A stretch of DNA of 64,000 nt from Paragordius varius (lineage: Eukaryota; Animalia; Nematomorpha): assembly GCA_964247055.1 (NCBI GenBank), contig OZ176057.1:1674001-1738000 (forward strand). Direction: 5' to 3'. Position 1 is the first letter of the stretch. Each line of letters begins with the position of its first letter. The translations under genes were made by a program, and so were the position numbers. This document shows, piece by piece, positions 49,600 through 62,082 of the stretch. Under the pieces are notes generated by a model. It was not told where the DNA came from and ran no database searches. It was given only the letters and a program-made list of their open reading frames with translations.

Positions 49600-50000
49600 C
49601 CTAAAAAAGAACTTTTGCGGCACGCATTTATAAGAATAAAGGTTGTTAAAAATCATTGTTCGCTGTCTGAAATATGTGGGGATCCGTAATCAAAAACATG
49701 GAAATCTAATTTTGAAATTGCTGCTATTTCTCTTGAGAATGTTTAATCTCAAACTCAACAACAATTGACAGATGCATTCTCACATAAACCAATCATTAAA
49801 TGTTTACGAGCATTGGGAAAGACGAACAAATTCAGTAAATGGGAATGAGCTTCCAGTCTATGTAAAACCATGCTTCAACGACAAGAAAAATTTTTACTTC
49901 GAACTGTGCGGATGATAAAAATTACTTTTACTTCCTGAATCTTAAGCGGAAAAAATTGTGGTTTTACCTTATCATGCCGGTCTAATCTCCACCAACTCCA
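49600..50000 (+). pseudogene. mariner transposase remnant (separate element)
   Basis: QTQQQLTDAF.SHKPIIKCLRALGKTNKFSKW then CKTMLQRQEKFLLRTV..DDK, matching the Mos1-type linker to first catalytic D. Confidence 0.7.
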
Positions 50001-51124
50001 AATCACTTTGGAAAAAAGGTTGAGCTCTGTGTCAGGTGGGACCAGAACGTGTATTTGAAAGAACTTTTATAAAAAAAATACACAGCGCTTCGCCAACATA
50101 TTATACATTTCACACTCTAAACGGTCAAAAGCCTTAGGAACTGATTTATTTATCTATCCATATATCGATATATATATAAATATATCTTCCGATTTTATCC
50201 ACGTTAATATCTTATGTTAACCAATTTTGTTTTCCTAACGTTTTTGTAAATAAAATTAACAACACATATTTAATTTAGAAGTTTTTTGCTATGTAGCAAT
50301 TACCATCAAAAGGGAAATGACTCTTTAGCTTAAAAAATTACCATAATAACTCAAGCTTTCTAGTATATAATTTTAAACTATAAGAATATTTTCCCCTGAT
50401 TTCGTAACAGTATTTTAAAATAGGAAGTTCTTTTATTCAAATTAATCATTTTATAATACGTTTGTTGGTTTAATAACTCTAAATCGGTTTAGTTATACAA
50501 AATTATCTCATCTGATCTTCTATACAACAATACTTCCATAAAACTCTTTATTTTTTATCTGCCGTGTTAATATTTTTAGGCGGATTTACAGGAAAAATAT
50601 TATGCTTATTACCTAACGTGTTATTTTTTTAACCGTTAACTTTTTGTTTAAAAAAATGGTTTAAAATATTAAAATAAACTAAAAATTCTAAAAAAGTAAC
50701 CGAATTTGTACTTACCTGATAGGATGTCGTTTTGTTATCTTTGACTTTATACTAAATACACGAATTGATATAACATATTAAAGCATATAACATTAGAAAA
50801 TAGGCCCTCAAATAATATTTTTAAAATTCATAAATGTGAGAACACATGAAATTAGTTTCCTACACTTGTCCATGAGATTCGAGTGGAAATCATTTTTGAA
50901 GTGTTGGAATCTACTTAGTTTTGTTTCAATTTTTTTATATATATAATTTCAAAACATTAGTTTCATTTCCGAATTTTAAAAAGTAATAGTATCGGCTCAT
51001 CGAGAACATCTCCCTTGATTTAGAAAAATATCCTTAACTAAAATGCTAAACTAACAACAAAGATTAATCAACATATCTATGGTTAAACTTTGTCTATCGA
51101 AAGTTAAAAGACGTTAATTTAGAT

Positions 51125-51419
51125 CCGAGGTTTTTAACATGCGGTGTGCAGACCGGATGCGGCTACTCGGGATAGTATGAGCAGTCCACAAAATTTTATA
51201 AAAATTAACAATTACATAATTTCAAGATTGACAAAAGTTTACATTTGAATATTTCAATAATTCTCAGAACAAGTCTTTCAAATAGATAAATGTGAAAAAT
51301 AGTAATTTTACTTTTTGAAGTCCTCTGTTTGAATAACATATGTATTAATGCCCACGAATGCTGACGGAATTTTTTAGTTTAAAATTCGGCCTGCAAGCCA
51401 TTTGTGTTGGACACCCCTG
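51125..51419. mobile_element. hAT MITE (Buster-like), 295 bp
   Basis: ccgaggtttttaacatgcgg ... gttggacacccctg; degenerate TSD attTAgat / atgTAgac. Confidence 0.7.
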
Positions 51420-51664
51420 ATGTAGACCAATAAATTTTAAATAATCAAAAATATCATATCCAATTATATAATCCGTTTGACAATTGAAATGTGAATCTTC
51501 ATGAATTTTATAACAAATGGCACCGATAACCCATATTAATTTAAAATGAGGTGGTGTATAAAAAACCATAATATCCGAAGTTTTCATTTTAAATTTTTCT
51601 TAATTATCCTTCATTTTCCGATTTTAATTTCCTCTCAATATTTCAAAATTAGGTGATAAAACAA

Positions 51665-51745
51665 AAAATTTTACCGCAAATGATTTCGACGGTCATTAGC
51701 TATCTCATGAAAAAAAAAGTTAAATGTTTTTTGCACATAGTTTGA
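51665..51745. repeat. End fragment of the 47426 palindromic MITE family
   Basis: ggtcattagctatctcatgaaaaaaaa...ttttttgcacatagt. Confidence 0.55.
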
Positions 51746-52823
51746 AATAACATTCTACAATATTTTGTAATTTTTCTCTTTTTGTTTTGAGTAAACCAGC
51801 GAGGATTTTGGGTTGATTTGCCACAACCATACATACTATAAAATAGGGATATTTGGGTTAAAAATTTGGCACACAGTGAATGCCTTTTTGTTTTCTATTA
51901 TGATAAACAAGACGTGTATTGTTTGTAAATCAATTGTACAATTAATAAAATTGGAAAGACCCCTTATGTATAAACAACTCTACATGTTCAATTATATTAT
52001 TATATTATATCAAGTACAGAGGGTATATCACGTCAAATCGCATATATTAATTGATATTTATGTTAACATCTTATTTTTCACTATTTATATTCAACTGTCT
52101 CTACAAATTTTGATAGAAATTAACTATGATGGCGGACCTGATTTTACACTGCGGCCCTCTTTTTCAAACAATTTATTTAAATTATACCAAATCCACATTG
52201 ACTAATCAATTATACGATAGACGTGTTAAAAAGACAGAATTTCACACATTATTACATTGGCACAGTAATACTTTTATTTTAGTTTACTAATGTTAATATG
52301 CACCCTAACATAGGAATTATCTGGGGCTGTAGAATTTTAGATAAGGGTTTGAAACAGGCAGATTTTGGATACAAAACAACCAGATAGATTGCTAAAATTT
52401 TTGAAAAATCGAGTTGAAACCGGGGTTTAAAAATATCTAAGTGGCTTCAAAAGAATGCCTCCTTACTAAACTATTTTTTTATAAGTTTTTCGAATATCAT
52501 GACTAAATTGTTATTATTATAATATTTTTTGTATGACTAATGACAAAATATAATGCATAACTACCACTTATATATATATATATATATATTATATAATAAA
52601 CAGAAATAATCACAAAAAACACTGATGATAAATTTTAGCAATATACCTCCTTATTTTGATAAAAATTCTCAAGAAAACACAAACTGAAAATTCAATTGTC
52701 CACAAAATATCATTTATTATTCAAAATACAACTCATTTTTTTCCTCATATCCTTCATCACAAACCTATCGATTGTTAACACATCCTCCCTATTCTCTACA
52801 TCTAAATTAACTAAATTCAGACA

Positions 52824-55650
52824 ATGACTGTTCCGAAAAAAACTAATTCCTGTGATGTGCCTTTACGCATTGGCACGTGGAACTCTCGCGGCACCACCAA
52901 CAAAATCGAAGTTATCATAAATGAAATGGTGAAACTCAACATAAGTATATTAGGAATAGCAGAATCCCACATTCCGTTAAACGGCCACATAGAATATGAA
53001 AATCACATTCTATTATACTCAGGTCATGATACTCTTAAACGAAACGGTGTGGTCCTATTAGTAACCAAATCAATCGCCAACGCATCCGAAATTCACCACC
53101 CACACAGCGATCGCATAATATCACTTCGACTAAACTCGTCTCCACAACCAATAACGATATTCCAAATCTATGCCCCTACCAACTCTAACAACGAAGAGGA
53201 CTCCGAACAATTTTACGAGGATCTCAGTTCAGATATTGAGAAAGTTCCTAAAAAAGACATGATATTTGTTTTGGGCGACTTTAACGCGATAGTAGGTAAC
53301 GATAATACACATCAAATCACTGGTGGGAAAGGATTGGGAAACAAAAACGATAGAGGAGACCGCCTCATAGAATTTTGCAGTGAACACAAATTATTCATAT
53401 CTAACTCCTTTTTCCAACAACCAAAGTGAAGGCTATACACATGGATTTCACCTTGCAAGAAGCACAGAAACCAAATTGACTTTATTCTCGGTATGCAAAA
53501 ATATAAATCTTCCTTTATGAACGTAAAAACTTACCCTGGTTCTGACTGCTATTCTGATCATAATCTCCTTGTAGCTAAACTAAAAATTAAAACAGTTCTC
53601 TCACGCAAACCAAAATTTCAGCATAAACCTAAATTAGATTTCTCTGCGATCTCCCCCGAGTTGCCTTTGTTACTTGAAAACAGATTTAAAACACTCGAAT
53701 TAGACGATGACGCTGAAAATCTTTGGAATACAATACAAAATATCACTAGCACTACAGCCAGAGAATGCATCCCTATCCAAAAATCCCATCTTAACAAAAT
53801 TATGATATCACAAAAAAGTTTAGATTTGGCGGACAAACGGCGCCAAGCTAAACGCAATAATAATATGGCAGAGTACAAATCACTTAACGCAGAGTTCCGA
53901 AAAAGCGCTCGGGAAGACAAAAACGATCACTACAATCAGCTGTGCTTAAAACTAGAAAACGCTGCTAAACATAACAACAACTACTTTGCTGAAGTAGATC
54001 ACATTGCTCCACGTAGGTCTAAAATCTACAAAGGCCCAATGAGAAAGGAAGACGGAGATATCATCACAGACAAGAAAACACTGGTGGAACAATGGGAACA
54101 ATATGTATTAAAACTATACGGCTCCAGTTCATCGAACGCCGATAAAAACAGTAAGATCTATCAACATGACCCACCGATCATCAAAGAGGAAGTTAAATGG
54201 GCGCTTAACCATTCCCCAAACAACAAATCTGAGGGGTACAACGATCTTCCAACCGAACTCATTCGTTTTATCCCAATCCATATCCTAACTGACTTATTCC
54301 AAAAGATATTTGCTCACGCCTCATTCCCCCAAGACTGGTGCAAATCAATACTTATCCCCATCTTGAAAAAAGGCGATCCTAAATCATTTAACAACTATAG
54401 AATTATAGCGATCAATCAAGCATCAAAAGTTTTCCTCAAAATAATTCACAGGCGTATCCAAGGCATAATTGAAGCTGAACTTTCTAATACTCAAGCGGGA
54501 TTCAGATCCAATCGCGGATGCAGGGACATGATCAGCAATATACGTTGGATATTCGAAAAACAAATTGAATTTCAGAAAGAAACCCACATCTGCTTCATTG
54601 ATTTTACAAAAGCCTTCGACAACGTGAAACACGACATGCTGTGGAAGGCACTATCTCAGATGGGTGTTTCAGATCACATTTTGAACATCATAAAATCCCT
54701 TTATTCCAATTCATCACTAAACATAAAAACCCCACATGGCATAAGTAATTGGGTACAAATGAACAACGGTCTAAGACAAGGTTGTGTTCTCTCACCCACT
54801 CTCTTTAACGTCTGCATAGAAAGTGTATTACGGAACATAGATAAAACTAATGGTATAAGCATTGCCGGCAATATTATATCATCACTCCATTATGCTGATG
54901 ACACCATACTGCTGTCACCTGAAAAAACTCCTAACTGAATTCTCAAACGAATGTCAAAAATTTGGACTGACGATCAATCTCAAAAAAACTAAAATCATGA
55001 CTATAAACGCTCATAACCATTATAACAACTTATCTTTTCACAACCAACAAATAGAAGTAGTGTCCCAATACACTTACCTAGGCAGTCTTATAAATACAAC
55101 GAACAACAGCACCCCAGACATTAAAAGAAGAATAGGAATTGCAAAGACAAAAATGATAAAATATAATAAACTATGGTCATCACACGACATCAAACTTAAA
55201 ACAAAAATCCGTTTAGTTAAAGCCCTATTTCCTAGCATGCTATATGCATCAGAAAGCTGGACATTAAAAAAGGCAGACAAAAAATACATTAACGCCTTCG
55301 AAATCTGGTGCTGGCGGAAGGCACTTCAAATCACTTGGAAAGATAAAGTAAAAAACACTATAATCCTTGAAAAAATAAACCCCGAGATACACTTGATTGG
55401 CATGTGCCTCAAAATGAAATTATCATACTTTGGTCACATTACCAGAGCTAATGACTTGGAATTCCAATTAATGACAGGCAAGGTCGAAGGATCCAGGAAA
55501 CGTGGACGCTGCAAGATGCGCTGAATTGAAAACCTAACCAGAGAAACCAATCTCTCTTTACAACAGTTAACATCACTCACTCACAATCGAATAAACTGGA
55601 GAAAATACACCTTCGAAAAAGCAATAAATCGACAACGATCTTTGCTACAA
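52824..55650 (+). mobile_element. RTE-clade (BovB-like) LINE, second family, near intact
   Basis: RIGTWN, GIAE, QIYAP, GDFN, RNQIDF, SDH, QAGFR, FIDFTKAFD, QGCVLSP, HYADD, YLGS, MTGKVEGSRKRGR; stops at 53427 and 55522, frameshift near 54920. Confidence 0.95.
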
Positions 55651-56019
55651 AAATAATATCATTTAGGAGATATATCTATATCTAAATCTAATATTATTTA
55701 GTTAGGGTTTCTATAAAAAGACAAAAAAATTTCGTTAGGTATAAAATAATTTTTTTAATTATTTACTGCTAAACTTACTTTTAAAATCTTAACATTCTAA
55801 TTTTATTCAGTAAAAAACTTATCTATCAAAATAAAATTAAAAATATTGTTTTCTATTTTGGCTTTTTGTCATCCAGTTTGTGAGTGTATAACAATTTTAT
55901 ACTGTTTTATTTTGGAATCTTTCACAAGTGGGGTATTAAGTATATAATTTAAGAAGAATTTAATAGTGGTATTTTCTAGCAATTAAATATATGTTGTGAT
56001 GTTATTGATTTTAGTAGAT

Positions 56020-58793
56020 CCATCTCAACCCGTCTGGAAGCAATATCAATCGTGACTAACCAAAAATGTTCGTCTCTGTGTCCGGCTATGTCGATTATTC
56101 TCTCTCACAACGCGGTGTTGAACTTCCATTTCCGCGTTGAATTTTCTTTTATATTAGGCTTGTTTCTTTGACACGGTTACATGTTTCTACAATATTTTCT
56201 GAATCTCTTCTAAGTTTGACCAATATATGGATTTTGCTTTTTGTTTCATCGATTGTACTCCGTTATGTCCAGTATGTAGGAATTTCATTACGTCCCGCTG
56301 CAAGTATGTGGGTATTAGTAATCTGTCATTTAGAAATAAAAGATTATAGATAATTGAATTTCATTTTTTTTCATGAATTCTTTGATACTTGGATCACCCA
56401 ATCATTTGTCCTTATTGTTGATTTAAGTTTTTTTGCCAGTGCATGTAACATTATCTTATTTTCCACTAATTCTTAACTGAATCAAATATATACATAGTTA
56501 GTTTTACCGTGTGTGATGCATCATCAACTTCATTTTGCACCTCCATGACATTATTATTTGGTAATCTGGATAGAGCGTCGGCTAAATTTCGTTTTCATAG
56601 TCGTATCCCGATGTTTTATAGATACCAAATTTAGCATTATTAATATTTTGTAAATTTCGAGTTTGACCAAATAGCCCGATTAGTGTGTGGTCGGCTATAA
56701 TTTTAAATTTTCTGCCATATATAAATGGTTAAAATTTTTCTATAGCAAACGCGATAGCTTTTGCTTCTTTCTCTATTGTTGAATAATTGGGTTCGGCGTC
56801 AGTACATTTGCATGAGGTGTATGATATGGGACGCTTTTCAGGGGTAATATGTATAATCGCTCCAAATCCTTTGTTTGATGCATTTGTTTCTATTAGTATT
56901 GGCCGATTTACGTTATACGATATTAATGTATTGTATCATTAATTATTTTGTTGATTGGACCCCTCTTCCTCTACTTCGGTCCAGGCCCATGGTCTGGTTG
57001 AGCCTGTGTTTGTGTGAAGGTTGCATATTGCTTGGTGGAGATTCGGTATAAAATTTTGTGAAAGTTTTGGAGTCCTAAATATGACCTTAGTTCTGTCTTA
57101 TTAGTGAGCCTCAAAAAATTGATCAAAGCTTGAATTTGTCGTTGGTGGGACGAATTCCATTCTTTGAAATTTCATATCCCATGTAATTGACAGATAAAAC
57201 AGCAAGTTGAATTTATCTTTGCTTAGTTTCAACCTTGCAGCTTCCAATCGTTGACCCTGGTCAGTGTTGCATCATGTTCGGTTCCTGTTTTACCTGATAA
57301 TATGTCATCTAAATAGATACATATACCTGGTACACCAATCAATTTATCCATGATTCGTTGAAATATATGAGGGGCAGTAGTACCCAAATGAAAGTCGTTG
57401 GTAACAATTACCTTGATGGGTAATTATGGTCAGTAGTGGTTGTGTTAATTGTCGTATGGGTTGCAGGTAAGCAACTTTCAGATCTAGTGATGTAAAAACT
57501 GTCCCATGAGCTGTTTTTGTGATTAGTTCATCGAAGGTCGGGATTACGGAGTCGGGTAGCAAATGAGGATTGATGCTGATTCGGAAATCCGCACTTATCC
57601 TTATTTGATCATTTGGTTTTAATTACTGTTGGTGTGGCCCAAGATATACGCTGGGGTTGATTTTTTTCAGAAAACCTAGTTATAATCCATTAAGCTCCTG
57701 TCCCACACTTTGCAGGGGTAGAGGAACACTCCTGCAGGGGTATATTTTGGGTGTTACATTATTTTTTATTGCAATTGATACCTCCATCTTCTTTAGACAG
57801 CCTAACCCGTCCGAGAACAACTTATTATACTGATTATATATAGTAGTTATATTATTAATCATCACATTATTGGGTAAATTTAAATCAAATGCACGAATCC
57901 AAAAAAGACCAAAAATTAATGGTCAATACCCCTCGGTTACAAAACATTCAAAGATTTTTATGATACCGTTCATTGTTACGCTTAATTCTGTTTTACCGAT
58001 GGTCGGGATTATTTCGTTATTGTATGCGGATAGTCTCTGTGCTACATCTAGTCGTGGTTGTCCTGTTGATCGCCAGCATCTGTCATTGATTACCTTCACA
58101 ATCCAAATTGAATTTGTTACTAACCGCCTTGTTTGGTGGGACACTTGGTACGATAATTCTTGGCAAAATAATTTTCGCACTTATAGCAACGTTGACCCTT
58201 TGCATTACATCTGTCGATCGCATGACGCTTGACATCGTTGTGTCTCTTTGTTGCATAACTCTTTCTTGGTGGATAAGCACTTTAGGTTAAATCGATTCTA
58301 AGCATCTTGCCATATCTATTATCATCTGTAATGACACTGGTTCGCTTTCTTTTGACCTGTGGGGAATCTTATATTTAATTCCCTTTCTGGGATTGGCATA
58401 TTTAGTCATATCAAGAAAACATCTCTTAATAAGTATGCTATATTGCCTAATCACACGTCAGCTTTAATTTTTCCATATAACTCATGATTGACTCGCCTTC
58501 ATGTCTTATCGTTTTACAAAATTCTTTTCGACTTAGCATTGTCAGGGGCAAAGATTTGAAATGCCAATTTTTGAATTTGAGGCCATGTCATATCCTCTAT
58601 TTTGGTTGGGAATGCTTGATTTTTCAGTGTCGAGATTGTCCTGAGTCCTGCATACGAAGAAATAAGTTTTTTAATATTTAATCATTTGAATTAATGTTTT
58701 TAGCGATTAAAATACGATTCACGTGCTTTAAGTATTGTAAATTAGTGTTTAGATCGTATTCGTTTACCGATGTTGAAATTTAATTTTCCATTT
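56020..58793 (-). mobile_element. LTR-less internal fragment of the same Gypsy family (gag to integrase N-terminus)
   Basis: Colinear with 37810-40710; homology stops at the gag ATG (no PBS or LTR) and inside integrase. Confidence 0.9.
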
Positions 58794-58855
58794 CTACACT
58801 GCACCATTGAACGAGTTGAATGTAGAAACTGTTACACAATGTCCATAATAGCCTG

Positions 58856-58858
<3 letters not shown>

Positions 58859-58884
<26 letters not shown>
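58859..58884. repeat. (TA)n microsatellite (others near 274, 22563, 35483, 45634, 52570, 62391)
   Basis: Direct reading. Confidence 0.95.
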
Positions 58885-58888
<4 letters not shown>

Positions 58889-59640
58889 GATAGGAAAATG
58901 TATTAGGAAAAATAGGATCGGTTTTGCCCTCAAGCTTGATTTCAAAAGTTTTTTTCACTTTTGTGGTATCCACATCAGAAAATGGCAAAATTTGCGCACA
59001 TTTTTTAATGCAAAATATTTTTGTGCAAACTAATGCTTGATTCCAAAAATATCATTATGATATACTACATAGAAGAAGCATTACATGATGTGGGGGGAAG
59101 TCCCAAGTTTCGCGTTTTTAAAAATAAGTTAGCTCTCATAAAATAAAAGCAAAAATTCCGAGAATGGGCGATAAATTTTTAATTTATGGTAAGTTTTGAT
59201 GTCAAGAGAAATATTATTAGAAATGCATGATTTTTTTCCAAATAATTTTAAATTTGTTGCAGCGTTTTTCTTACTAAATTGAGGGTGGAAAAAAGGAAGA
59301 GCCTTTTAAATTTAAAATTAAGAAGTGTTCAGCATCATCGAATTGTATTAAAAAGTTTTTAATCATTTCCACATCATGCCTCAAAATAGATTGTAGTACG
59401 ATTCAATATTTTTGTAAAAAAAGTATGCATTTTTAAAAATTATGGTTGATATGGAAATATAGCACAATCTCAGCATTTTGACCCATTTTAGAAAAGCGAA
59501 AAATTTGCTTTCGAGCCTAACATCTTAAAATTAAATTTTATTAATATCGTCTAGCTTGTTATATGTAGTATAAAATGTATTTTAGTCTAGTTTTTAACAA
59601 AATAATTTTGTTTGAAAAAATATGAGCAAATCGTTATTTT
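58860..59640. mobile_element. Long-TIR foldback element, right end truncated
   Basis: Closely parallels 35480-36682 (tatactacatagaagaagca, gtgttcagcatcatcg) without the MITE. Confidence 0.75.
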
Positions 59641-59659
59641 TTGATACAGAGCTAAAATG

Positions 59660-60540
59660 CCTAAGAACATAATTATCAGATGACGCAAGGTCAGGAGAGT
59701 ATGGCGGATGTATAAGAAATCTGTATTTAACTGTTTTTAAGGTTATCACTGTTTTAGTGTGTAAGACGAGCATTGTGATGTAGTAAAATTATTTTGCCAG
59801 TATTCCTGCCGATTCGGGTCGTCTTTCGATTAATTCCTAGTTTACAAGTTTTAAAAGTTTTTAACAAACAATACCGCTCTATCACCAGACACAGAAAAGG
59901 GTCTAATTTCGGAAGCGATTTGACTTTGCTGGAGATGGACCGGTTTGAGGTAAAAGCCATGATTTTTTTCGCTTTAAATTTACAATATATAACCATATCT
60001 GATCACCCGTCACTACTTAAAAACGATTTTCTTTCGTACGTAAGTGGATTTCACAAATCGCTTATATCCATTAGGATTTTTCTAGACTCATTACCGAATT
60101 TAGTTCCCATATTTATAACACAAATATCCACCTGGCTGCTTTGATAATATTTTTTTAAATATTTTTTAAGCGCAATTATGGATGATATAATTCTAAATAA
60201 TCGAAAATTTTTGATTAATCAATTTATTTTAACATTTTTTAGGGTACTTTTACGTACCGAAAAAAGCGTTAATCATCCCTCTTCTTTGTGATTTGAAATG
60301 CATTTGCCAATTGTTTTATGTTTCTCTTGAGCTTTAGGGTCTTCGCAGTTGTAGGCTGTATCAGAACACACACACTCTTAAACAGGAAGTTAACGAAAAA
60401 CTTGATTTTACATGTGTTTAATTTATAAGGCATCACCATATGTTTATGCCAGCAAGAGACAAACAGCCTTTTTCTTATCATGTACAATCGTCCTTTTTCA
60501 TCCACAAAATTCAACATAATTAATGAATTCTAAAAAAACT
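59660..60540 (-). pseudogene. mariner transposase remnant, duplicate copy 2 (unsplit)
   Basis: ICEIHLRTKENRF*VVTGDQIW, ILLHHNARLTH, YSPDLA-like. Confidence 0.8.
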
Positions 60541-61053
60541 CTTGTTTCTGCTAAACTTAAAATGGGGTCAGTAAAATTATTTTCTGGGTAGTTTTTGCGG
60601 ACGTCTTATATTTAAATACCTCTACTTAGGTTATTTTTGGTATACACGGTGTGGAGCATCGAATTTTTAAAAAACTATTTTGTCCAGATATATTTCGATT
60701 TTAGCTGCTAATTGAAGTTATATAACTTCACGGAAGATTAATAAAAAAATGTTTTTGTTAAAAGGAAATACGATTGATACTCGCTTCTTTTAGTATGCTG
60801 AACGCTACAATGCGATGAATTTAAGTGTAGTTTAAGTGTCTGAATTTTTTATTAATATTTTGGGCAGACATAAAATAACATGAATAATAAGCTAGATTTT
60901 ATTCTTTTGATTCGTTCAAAAGCACTATTTAAATATTACACATGAAGTCAAAAAATATCACTAAATTATTTATAAGTATGACCCCTATGTTCTGTCAATC
61001 CATTATTTTATTTATACACAATAATATATTTATATATATATTTTAACTAAAAC

Positions 61054-62082
61054 ATGTATCCAAATATGTTTTACTTCGATTTAATTGAGAAAATTTCAAT
61101 ATGGTGGAAACCCTTAAATGCTGCTTTAATCATTTTATATATCCTGAAAATTTTTATCCTTCCTAAAATGATACCATTGGTGCACAATGTTGTCACGTAT
61201 ATATTATGCGAAAAAACTTGGAGGATTTCATATTATAGTCATGTAAGGAAAATTATACAAGCTGTATGCGACAAATGTGACAATTTTGCAAACACTCATA
61301 AGCAGCATCTCGTTTCAACACTAGATATACCAGACACGTTGATGCAACTTTGGATCGCGCTCAACAGTTTACATATGCTTGTTGAATGGGAAGTATATGT
61401 TTTACCAAGAATCAAAGATCCTTATGGATTGGCTCTGTTCAGACAATATATATCTGTATGCATGAGTCTCACAACCTTTGGTCAAATTATAGTATATGCC
61501 TGGCAATGTAACGCAATATTTGGATTACAAAGTGTGATAAATGCTATTGGATTCACCAATTATATATATGGAATGACAAATAGTCTTATCCCAATCAAAA
61601 AACATATTAAGGCATTTTTTCTTTACACGTATATTGGATTATTTCTATATTTTATACAACCTGAATTGCATACGCCTAAAATAATGGACAATTACCGAAA
61701 GATTTTGAAATTTTATTTAAATTGGAACTTTAGATTAGGGTTAGCCATGCTTGTTTTTGGCGTTTTTAGCCTATTAACAATATGTTACCAAACCTACAAA
61801 CATATATTTCAAAACAACGGAAACTTTAATATATATACACTACGTTTGCACAAAACCCATGAACCCTCGCGTTGTTACCGAAAATTCACGATGTGTAAAA
61901 AAATTTTTTTTACACTAAAAAAATTAGACAAAAGTTTGGGTGTTTTTTTGATAATTCAGTCTTTATCCATTTTTTTATCAGCGTTTTTTGATCGTTTTTC
62001 TTACAAATCATATTTTCATAAATTTTTACTTTATAGCATCAAATCTTCTGCAGTGTTAATCCTTCTTTTTAAACAATTTTGA
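61054..62082 (+). CDS. Intronless 342-aa multi-pass membrane protein, paralog of 44304
   Basis: Intact ORF; ~25 aa substitutions and one in-frame codon insertion versus copy 1. Confidence 0.75.
   Translation: MYPNMFYFDLIEKISIWWKPLNAALIILYILKIFILPKMIPLVHNVVTYILCEKTWRISYYSHVRKIIQAVCDKCDNFANTHKQHLVSTLDIPDTLMQLWIALNSLHMLVEWEVYVLPRIKDPYGLALFRQYISVCMSLTTFGQIIVYAWQCNAIFGLQSVINAIGFTNYIYGMTNSLIPIKKHIKAFFLYTYIGLFLYFIQPELHTPKIMDNYRKILKFYLNWNFRLGLAMLVFGVFSLLTICYQTYKHIFQNNGNFNIYTLRLHKTHEPSRCYRKFTMCKKIFFTLKKLDKSLGVFLIIQSLSIFLSAFFDRFSYKSYFHKFLLYSIKSSAVLILLFKQF

Noticed and set aside
50716-50751. 36-nt micro-exon candidate (tttag|...CAG|gtaagt, minus strand)
   Set aside because: One strong donor in 128 kb of strand is expected by chance and no partner exons were found.
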